Part shown: positions 14,601 to 23,821 of the stretch, piece after piece
Position numbering within the stretch: position 1 is the stretch's first letter
Layout: every line of letters starts with the position of its first letter
NCBI GenBank assembly: GCA_965202585.1
Contig: OZ241826.1
Span: 41,726,001 to 41,790,000, forward strand
Length of the DNA stretch: 64,000 nt
Source: Thalia democratica
Lineage: Eukaryota
Direction: 5' to 3'
Position numbers and translations under genes: made by a program
Notes under the pieces: generated by a model
Seen by the model: only the letters and a program-made list of their open reading frames with translations
Databases searched by the model: none
Told to the model about the DNA's origin: nothing

Positions 14601-15413
14601 ATTTTCCTGGATTTTATTAGAACTTCTTAAAAGCGGCGAAGCGTTGCAGAAAGTCGAGCAGGAAATAGAAATTGTTTTTAAAAGTTTGTAATTAACAACA
14701 AAACCGTTTTTAATTTTTGTTTGAGATTTTCTTTTAATTGTTTAAAGAGTTTCTTTATACTTTAAGTGCTTCACAGGCACAGTTGTCACAACTTTTATTT
14801 TGTTCTCATGTTTCAATGTATATTTCAAGTATTAGGCTACTTTTTGTAATAAATGTTCACCGGTTACATATAGTTTTTACGTGAAAACATAAATTTATAA
14901 AAGATTAATATAATGTTAATTCAAACAGACAATAATGACTACTTCGACAAGGACTTGTATTCAGAACTCCATTACTGCAAAGCTGTAATCGAGGAGGGGC
15001 TCAGATTGCGACCCATCGCCCCCACCGTCACCCCTCACTTCACCACCCAACATTCCACGTTGCTGGGCTACCACGTCCCCAAAGACACCAACATCCAGCC
15101 CAACCTGTGGTCCGTTCACAGGGACCCCGTGTTCTGGTCGCCCGACCCAGACAGCTTCAGACCCGGTAGACATTTGGACGAAAACGGTCGGTTCGCCCCA
15201 ACTGGCAGGGTGCTGACGTTTGGATTGGGGAGGAGGCAGTGCGGAGGGTACAAGCTGGCCAAGCAGGTCATTATGACGTCACTGGTTAACTTGATGGCCC
15301 ACTTTCATATAAGGACTGCCGACGGGGTGGTTGCTAGGGATTTGGGGGAGGGTACCTCCGTTCTTATTTACACTCCGCCAATGTTTGAAGTCGTTCTCAC
15401 ACCTCGTCATTAG
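10676..15413 (+). CDS. Cytochrome P450, clan 2 (CYP1-like), 7 coding exons, about 471 aa
   Basis: Exons 10676-10872, 11136-11314, 12301-12422, 13216-13361, 13703-13821 (3' boundary uncertain), 14516-14683, 14929-15413. Phases match at GT-AG junctions except exon 5/6, which needs a GC donor or a mini-exon. Motifs: PGPxxWPIFGSL, YGDIYQVKVG...VVVNGYNAVK, STMANV, I-helix GGTQT, K-helix EGLR, heme FGLGRRQCGG. Confidence 0.93.
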
Positions 15414-16268
15414 TTTTTGCACTCGTTCTGTTTGGTCGAACTTGTTTTTACTTTTTTATGAGCAAAAAAAAAAATTGTTTGAGTAACCTTTATTTCTATT
15501 TATAGAACATTTGGTTTACAATAAGCTTAAACAATTCTTGAATATGACTTCATTAATTTTAATTTATACTGTTATTTGTTTGCAATAAGTTTTTAGAAAA
15601 CTAGAATTTTACTACTATAAAAGATTCAAAGAACGATATTTTTATTTGTAGCCAAAAGTTGATATAACAATTCAGCTTTTTTTACTATTAACAAAGTACA
15701 AGTTCCTGTTAGTTTTTATTGTTTAAATTTTCTAAATACTTTATTTGGTTTTTTATTTTGCGAATAAATTTATTACTTTACCCTTTTAAATTATACTTTG
15801 ACAAAAGTTTTATTTTGATTGATTATGTGATGGTTAATTGAAATTTTTGGTTTAATAAAATACAGAAAACACTTATTTGTTAAAAAGTTGCAAAAATGCA
15901 AAAAGTAATCAAAAAAAAGTTTTACAAAATCATTTAGTTATTTTAGATTTAAAAAGGAATTACTAAATTATACTACATAATAATTTTTTTTATTCAATTG
16001 AAGTAATTCTTTAAAGTATAGGCTCCAAATAATATTTTAAACAACTATGTTAAAATTATGAAAACTTGCCTTAAAGCACTCAAAAGCTGAGGAGGTTTTT
16101 AACATATAAACAAAAACGTAATGATATTTTTTTTTAATTGATTTAATCTAAGATAATTTTTCAACAAAATCGGCGAAAGTCTGCAGAACAAGTCCGGACT
16201 TTCGTTTGCCGTGAGACAAGCTCAAATTTAACAAAAGAGTTGATCATGCCAATTCGATCATCAGACCA

Positions 16269-16339
16269 CAAGTTTCGGTAGTCTGAGACCGGTTTCGTCC
16301 TTATTAGGACTCATCAGTCAGTCACAACCGAAAAACTTG
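16269..16339 (-). ncRNA. Type I hammerhead ribozyme, copy 1
   Basis: Minus strand: CAAGUUUUUCGGUUGU-GACUGA-CUGAUGA-GUCC-UAAUAA-GGAC-GAA-AC-CG-GUC/UCAGAC-UACCGAAACUUG. Intact core, G10.1-C11.1, GUC triplet (cleavage between 16287 and 16286), extended stem I with one A-A mismatch. Confidence 0.88.
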
Positions 16340-16596
16340 TAGTCGTCAATCTACAAACGGTTTGTCATGCTTTCGCATGAAGCAACCATTTGCTGGCAAT
16401 GATTAGTGACGTCAGTATTGTCTTTGCCGTGCAACGTTTAAAACATTGTCCACTAGGCAAGACATCTGGTACGCTCGTTTTAGTACAATCAACAAAATCG
16501 GCGAAAGTCTGCAGAACAAGTCCGGACTTTCGTTTGCCGTGAGACAAGCTCAAACTTAACAAAAGAGTTGATCATGCCAATTCGATCATCAGACCA

Positions 16597-16667
16597 CAAG
16601 TTTCGGTAGACTGAGACCGGTTTCGTCCTTATTAGGACTCATCAGTCAGTCACAACCGAAAAACTTG
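16597..16667 (-). ncRNA. Type I hammerhead ribozyme, copy 2
   Basis: Same as copy 1 but with a perfect 6-bp proximal stem I (GACUGA/UCAGUC). Predicted cleavage between 16615 and 16614. Confidence 0.92.
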
Positions 16668-18609
16668 ATCGAATTGGCATGATCAACTCTTTTCTTAAGA
16701 TAATTTTTATTAAAGTTTTGACTATCATTATTGTTTATTTTTCTTAAATTTAAGAGAAAAGTTGCATAATCATTATATTGATTCTGTAGAACTTCTTTAC
16801 TATTTTATATCGTACTTTAAATAAATATAAAGTAATGTTTTAATTTTTGCAAACTTGAATATCTAAACTATTTAAATGTGAGGTTAAGAAAATAGAATTA
16901 ACTTGAAAAATTAGTTTTTATTTCCAGTTTTAGTTCAAAAGCTATTAAAACGCCTTTGTTTAAGCATGAAAATAATAAACGAAAATAAGAAAAATTACTT
17001 TCTATAAGATTGTAATATGTATAAAGAAAATTACTACTTCAGCTTTAAAAAAATACTTTTTCGTAAAAGTTTTCTTAAAGTTTTTATTGCAGTTTCAAAT
17101 TAAGTATTACATTATAAATAATTAAGTTTAAAGATCTAAATTAAAATGTTGTTCTAAATATTCTTCTAAATGTTGTTCTAAACTTATTTTCATATCTTAT
17201 TCATACGTTTTTATTTTTGACACTATATTTGAATAATCTTCAACTAGTTTAAAGTAGCTGTAATAAATTTCTGAACATGTTTTACTAAATCTAGGGTAGA
17301 ATTTTACTTTATCTTTTGTTTATCAAATAAGTAAAACAAGTATAAAAGCATAATAACGTTATTTAACTATTATTTAAAAGTTTTTTTTTAAATAAAAGTA
17401 CTTAATATAGTACTACACTCTAAATTTAATATAAATTTTAAATTTATTATATACCTGGAAAACTTTTATAATTCTTACAAAAAATTAAATAACAATTTTT
17501 TTTTAATGTTTCAAATTAAAACAATTTTAAATAACTTAATGAAGCTTTAATGAAGTTTTAATGACATTTGAAATCAATTTAAAATATTGCAACATAATAT
17601 GTTACCGAACACCGTTGTAATTTGTAGAAACATGTATCTGTTACCATGTGCATTTATGTTTTATTCACGCCAATTCAAACATAATTTTTTTATCTACAAT
17701 GCAAATAACGTGTCTATTGTCAAACTACGACTGAGAGTCTTTTTATTTAATCTTTGTCATAAAATTTTGTTATTTTTTGTAATTCTTAGTGATATAAAAC
17801 ATAAAAAAAAAACTAAAGAAAAGTTATATAAATAAAAGGTAATTAGTACTCTATAAACTATAATGATACAAGTATTATAAGAGATATTATAAAACATAAT
17901 ATAAAAGTATTAAACTTTAAAATGTACCAGCAAATGTTAAAATACTATATCACGATACTGACTTGTAGACTTGAGGTATTGAATAAATAAAGTAAGCAAC
18001 TACTAAAGTAAAATTTTGATAGATTTTACACAAGCCTAATAAGATAGCTAGGTTTTAGTTTTTTTTTTATCAAGGTATTTGAATAAAACCTGAAGAAAAC
18101 AGCTGAGTCTTGTTTTGCTTTTAATACCTTGCTATTTTGTCGTATAGCTCATGGTTAGGTTTTGTTATGTTTTACAAATGCTCTTTCAGCACTTTTTAGG
18201 CACTTTAGATAGATTTTAATTGGTAGTTGCTAACAATATAAAAAACTTGTGTTTATAATTGAAAAGTATGTTTTAGGAGAAAAGCGTTGTTGTAAAATAT
18301 TTTAAAGAAAATAGATTTAATGGGTGCGCATCTTATTTATATTTTGTTCTTTTTTGTAGTACTTTTTTAAAAAGAACTCTTTGAAACTGTTTAACACAGA
18401 TAAACATACATCAGTTAAATATATAAAAGTACTGTGTAAATTTATGTTAGTACTAGTAGTATACTTTGTACATTTATGTATTTAAACTAACCTAAAGTGA
18501 TTTTTTAAAATTCAAACTTGCATGTGCGCTATAGAAAACATATGCATAACACTTAGTCGTGTGCAGCTATTTTTTGGTTTAAAAAATTGAGCAGTTTGAT
18601 ATCTCAAAG

Positions 18610-18815
18610 AAATTGCGAAAGTTTACCTAGGGTTTGCATGGCAACGAAAGATCACCAACGAGGAAGTTTTGAGACGTACTGGCCTCACCACTGTTTACTT
18701 TACTCTTAGTCAACGAAGTTTCGGTCATGTTTTATGGATTGGCGAAGAGCGTTCTTGGGTTTAGATTAAGTATAGAATTGATCATTACTCTCTTATTCAT
18801 TACTCTTTATTAATT
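18610..18815 (+). mobile_element. 3' fragment of an RTE-type non-LTR retrotransposon
   Basis: Translates to LGFAWQRKITNEEVLRRTGLTTVYFTLSQR..FGHVLWIGEER, matching the 'W.DKI.NEEVL.R...RW.GHV.RM' post-RT motif. Followed by a short tandem tail (tcattactct)x2. Confidence 0.7.
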
Positions 18816-18819
18816 ATTT

Positions 18820-19352
18820 CAGTGGCGTCGCGTGGTATTTTTCTTAGGTGGTGCAGAAAAAAAAAAACCGAGTTGCCAGTGCTCGATTTGCCCCTACTTG
18901 AGTTGTCCCTGCTCGAGTTGCCTCTGCTCGAGTTTTCCCTGCTCGAATTACCTCTGCTTGAGTTGCTTCTACTCTAGTTACTTCTGCTCGAGTTACCTCT
19001 GCTCGAGTTGCCTTTACTCTGCTTAGCTTTGTTTTCATTTTTTGTTTAGAATAGCTTGTTGAATGATACTTAAGCCTGTACTGTTTTAGTAAATTTTCAA
19101 CTTAGCTTACTTACCGCAAGATATTGATTTTGCGGTAATTCTTGAAGAAATTTAGCTTTTTTGAGTTCATTTGCGGCAGTCTGCTAAGAGTTTGCGGTAG
19201 TGTAGTGAGCAAAATGGTCGTTTTCTAAATTTAAGTTTTATGAAAGATTTTGTTCTAAAAAGAAACGAAAACGTTATAGATACTTAATTTTTTCTTACAA
19301 AGTTTTAAGGTTGTGCATTTGCGGCAGTGCAACACACCATGCGACGCCCCTG
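18820..19352. mobile_element. Non-autonomous hAT-like MITE containing a 15-bp minisatellite
   Basis: TIRs cagtggcgtcgcgtggt and accatgcgacgcccctg. No matching 8-bp TSD. Confidence 0.65.
18884..19020. repeat. 15-bp minisatellite (consensus ctcgagttgcctctg), about 9 units
   Basis: Visible tandem units; explains ORFs 18832-19026 and 18844-19038. Confidence 0.9.
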
Positions 19353-21329
19353 CTCTCAATAATCATTTATTTTAACTAAAAAAGGCAGTGTGTAGCTAAA
19401 CTGCTAAAACGTCTATTAAATCTGATTATTTGAGCATCGGACTATTTGATCGTTTAAAAACATTGTATACTGTAAAAAACATCGTAAAAGTATTTAAAAA
19501 CAAACTCGATTTTTAACCTATAAAGTTTAGTATTTCATTTTTAGATCTATGTTTTAACTATGAAAAATTAGAATAAACACAAGAATGACACAAAAAGTGT
19601 TGTTAAATTTTTGAGTTTTACATTTTTTATGGTCAATAAACAAATTGGGAATCAACTTTTTAATTTGACTAATAAAAAAATATATACTTATTAACTAAAC
19701 TTTGGACTTTTGATAATATGACCTATAAGCTAAAACTGTATACAAGTTATCTGTTATCTACATATTTCACACTAAAAGGTAAATACTTATTTGCCTATTA
19801 AAAACAAAGATGTATTAAAGAGCTTTTACTTATATAGTTTTTTTTTTAATTATATTTACACTGGACAATAAGTAAACTGAACTGACTAAAGAAACGCGAA
19901 ATAAGAATATTTATAACCTTGTGTATATAATTATAAAATAAACTAAATCGCTAGTCTTTGCTCTAGTTAAGATGAAAAACTTGAGTCCAGTTAGTTAGCT
20001 AAATTTTGTTAAAGTTAACAATTAATCAGTGAAAAAACATGTAATTTTCACAACTTGAATGAGCTTTTATTAGTACAAAAACCCTTAATGAATGCTGACA
20101 AAAACTAAAAAGCTTTCTAAAGACTAATTTAACGTTTTTAAAAAGTTATGTTTTTTATAGAAAAAAAGAAAGAAAAATGTGAACGCTCACAACTAAGGTC
20201 AATGTATTGGTGTGGAGAAAGACCTTTCGGTCATCGAGCTGCACACCATTTACTTGTAACTAATTCTTTGAGCTAACTTTAAAACAATAATGAAAAAAAA
20301 GACAAAAACTTGGAAAGTAACTTTTTATACATTTTTTTTTAAGTTTAAAAATGGTAAACACCCTTTTTTAACCCATTACTGCCAATATTGACCATGGAAA
20401 GCATAGTCTACTATGGGCTCCACACCGTCTCCTTCCTTAGATTTCTATTTTTATGATCATGTACATTCACATTTTTCTTGTTGCCCTTTCTACAAGAGCA
20501 ACCACAAAAAATGCAACAAATATCTCAAAATTAAATAAATGGGGAGAGTTAGTGATGTAAGTATACATAAAGCATTTAGTTATGTCATAAAACTGTAAGA
20601 GCACCATGTATTTTAAAATAGTGTCTTTAAATTTCTAGTATATGTGTTTGTAGGTGAATTAAAATAGAGAAAAAAAAATAATTGTTTATTTGTTTTATAG
20701 ATTTGTAAAAAATTCAGTTTTAATCAATAAGATTAGCACTAATAATTAATAGAATTTGTTTAAACTAGTTAAAATAAAATCACTCCTAACAATAAACAGC
20801 TAAATTTCAAAAACAAAATTATAAAACTTAACAAATATTCTGAAAAAATAAGGTAATAACAAAAGTATTTTAATTGATTTATATAAACTGTTTGTAAACC
20901 TAAACCTAATTTTTAACAAATAAAATTAAATAACCAGAATGTCTAAAAAATATCAAATTTTTACACCTAAATTTAGAATCTATATTTTCTGAAACAAATA
21001 AACAATTAATATATAGTTAACAAAAAACTAATATATAGAATTTAAAATAAAAATAATACATCTACTTGTTTAATCACACTGTCAATGAGGACAAAATAAT
21101 ACTTTCAAGTTTCATGTAAAAGAAACAAATTAAAAAAGTATATATAATAAATAATATAATAAAAATCTTAAAACCAACATATACCAATTCAGCTCTACCT
21201 TCACCCAGTTTATAAGACCAACAGCAATCAGCCCAAAATAAGTACAAACGCCAATACAAAAATATAAGTTTAACTATTGGTAAAGATTAAGCTTGATATT
21301 TTTCTGATTGTCTTTTAAGTAAGTTTTAT

Positions 21330-21455
21330 CTCATTCCATACTGAAATTCTCTAGGATAGCTCTGATCTATTAAGTTTCTAGGCAATTGTTCCCATAGTTT
21401 ACAACCAAGGTAAGATAATGTTTTAAGACCAAAGAGACTATTTACTCTGGGAAAA
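21330..21455 (-). mobile_element. CR1/L2-type LINE C-terminal fragment
   Basis: Minus strand translates PRVNSLFGLKTLSYLGCKLWEQLPRNL...REF, typical of the 'G..SF.Y.G.KLWN.LP....S...FK' tail of CR1/L2 ORF2. Confidence 0.55.
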
Positions 21456-21818
21456 AAATAGTTTGATGACTTGATTTAATTGTTGTCAAAATTTGAATTG
21501 GTAGACTGTAAAAACAAAATTATAATCAATTTTGATACGTCAGCTAAAGATATATTTATAGAATATCGGAAACAAGTGCCTTTTTAAAATGTACAGCTAA
21601 AATTACATTGAATATTATAAACGCAATTTATCAAAAATATTCTTGTTCGATCTCCAAATTTTTATTCAAAAAGTTAACAATAAAGTTACGTAACAATTAA
21701 TTATAAACAAACTGGTTTAAAAATTAATTCAATTGTTGTCTTTTAATTTTCACGAGACACAAGTTACTGCCACCAAGTCGGACAACGTCGTAGTTGTCTG
21801 AAAATTAATCAACGCAAG

Positions 21819-23821
21819 ATGAGTCACCGCCTTAACAAGAAAAGAAAAGAAGACCAGGTCGTCGACATGAAGCATTTGGCGCCAGTATCCATCGTGGACA
21901 CGGGCAATACTTGGCCGAGGGCGATCCAATCGCCCGTGGTCCACACCGCCGTCAACGGAAGCTTCCAGGGACCGAGAGAAGCGGTGAAGCTCGATCCCTT
22001 CGACGACTACTACAGGACGAACGAGAGCGGGCACTTTGTGTGGACCGACCAGAACGTAGTGAGGCACGGCACCGAGATAGACAGGACCATCCTCGAAGAT
22101 AATGTTTACGAGTTCGGCGTGGAAGACATCATGCACACCGACGGCTTGAACAACTTGAGGGAGCCGAGCGAGAGGTTCGATTTGAAGAGAGTGCAGGGTT
22201 TCGGGTTGGAGCTGTTCGCGAAGAAAGAAATAAAAGAAGGTTTGTTCGGCGATTTCAATTAGGTTACTAGTTAAGCATGAAAATGCAAAGTAGGTCAAAG
22301 TTGTGTTTAAGTCTTTTTTTTCTAGTTAATGGTATTTTATCTTTGTTCAATTGTTTATATTTGTTTATCTGTGTAACCTACTTAATACTAGTAACAATTT
22401 ATAAGTAATTGTAAACTAAAGCAGCTGGTTAAAGTAGTTAAAAATAAGGACTGTGAACAAAACACCAAAGAGTCATTTGCATGAACCATGTTCAAATTAC
22501 CAAAGTAAAATGTTCGCAACACAACTTTTTCAAACGCACAGTAAACAATTTTTCAAACAGGCGTGACAATAGGAGAGTACACGGGCGAGCTGATAAACGA
22601 AAGGGAGTTCATCAGGAGGGACCTCTTGATAGGCTTCAACAAGCAGATCAACTTCTTCTACCAAACCGGCACAGGAATGACCATAGACGCCAACCCGATG
22701 GGCAACCACACAAGGTGAAGTAATCGTTACACTATTTTACGATAGAATTTAATAAAAAGTTTAAGCATAAGTTTTTGCTTTAAGATAGGTACATAACAGG
22801 TAAAAAAAAAATTGTAAAGTTTTTTTTTGTGATAAATTAATAAATGTTTCTCTATTTATCTTTAGAAACCAACAGTAGATATAGTTACTATAATATTTTT
22901 GTTGTCACTGAGAATCTCGTAAATCTCGTTTCTTAACTGAGTGAAGTATTGCTTTATAAAAAAATTATAAACTAATTTGTATATAGAAGTTAAAGAAAAG
23001 AAAAATAATAATATATTAAATTAAACTATATAAAACTTTGAGCTTGCGCCGCGGGCCGTAACTCACCGACACCTGAAAAAGTAACACTCTGATTAAACAG
23101 TCATAAGTGTTTCAGTATCACAACAATCATTAGTTCATGTCTTGCTTGAACTTATTAACAATTCTTGTTGATATAAGTAATTTTGTAGCGATTTGAATCA
23201 AATATTTTTTGAAAATCAATCAACTGCGGCTGCGTGAATAAAAACTGCTAAAACAAGCCTGAAAGCTTGAAACAAAGCGTAAAAAAACATCATTTTAAAG
23301 GTTCATCAACCACAGCTGTGAGCCGAACTGTTACGTAACTTGCCACTGGCTGGAGGAAACCGACCTGCCTAAAGTCTTCGTCCACGCCCAGAGGCAGATC
23401 AGAGGGGGAGAGCAACTTTTCATAGACTACAGCACTGACTACTTCACCGACCTGAGGTGAGGGCAAAAAATATCGTTCAAGTAAATGTTTTTAGTTTTAA
23501 AGACGCGTGTTCAAAAACTACTTTGAATGTAAACCACACGCGTGCCGAGCAGTCGTGTGTGTGTGAGTGACCTTTTGTAAAAGCCGCGCGTAATCTAATG
23601 CTTTAGTTTGAGTAAGTACAAGTCAAGAATTTAGTCGTAATATTTTTTTTTTAAGTTCGTGATCAACATTTTAACTTTCACAAAGGTGCTTGTGCAACAC
23701 GGACAGCTGCCTGGAAAACACTAGGAAGCCGAGAAGGAGAGATTCGCTGTTCGAGAGGACGCCCTCCTACGATCCCGAAACATGGCCGGAAGAAAGGATG
23801 AACGTTACTTTTGTGTATTAA
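21819..23821 (+). CDS. SET-domain protein with post-SET (histone lysine methyltransferase-like), 4 exons, about 288 aa
   Basis: Exons 21819-22239, 22561-22714, 23301-23456, 23686-23821, all GT-AG with matching phases. Motifs GFGLELFAKKEIKEG, GEYTGELI, IDANPMGNHTRFINHSCEPNC, QLFIDY, post-SET CLCNTDSC. The frame is open upstream to an acceptor at 21756, so the N-terminus could be longer. Confidence 0.92.

Larger units (their letters stand above)
16162..16695 (-). mobile_element. Retrozyme-like non-autonomous retroelement (tandem 328-nt units with hammerhead ribozyme)
   Basis: Direct repeats 16161-16339 and 16489-16667 (period 328, 2 differences). TSD taagataattttt at 16149-16161 and 16696-16708. 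An inverted copy of 16560-16587 sits at about 16666-16693. Each repeat holds a hammerhead on the minus strand. Confidence 0.88.

Noticed and set aside
14961-15173. Minus-strand ORF within the CYP last exon (also 11045-11281)
   Set aside because: Shadow of real coding sequence.
16365-16562. 65-aa ORF in the retrozyme unit
   Set aside because: Starts at a non-ATG codon, has no motif, and overlaps highly structured RNA; likely incidental.
16161-19020. CRISPR-like interpretation of the direct repeats and minisatellite
   Set aside because: Eukaryotic context, no unique spacers between short repeats, and no cas genes.
20208-20248. Hammerhead or SECIS reading of the covarying hairpin (minus strand CUCGAUGACC-GAAA-GGUC)
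   Set aside because: The core has an extra C and the catalytic GAAA is replaced by UUUC. The upper stem is too short for SECIS and the site is not in a 3' UTR. Kept only as an unclassified hairpin.
21074-21270. Hydrophobic minus-strand ORF as a NUMT or membrane-protein exon
   Set aside because: No convincing mitochondrial motif or splice partners; it directly follows a CR1/L2 fragment and is more simply its 3' region.
21750-22298. 182-aa minus-strand ORF (and 21911-22102, 22481-22723)
   Set aside because: Antisense or off-frame shadows of the GC-rich SET exons; no recognisable motifs.
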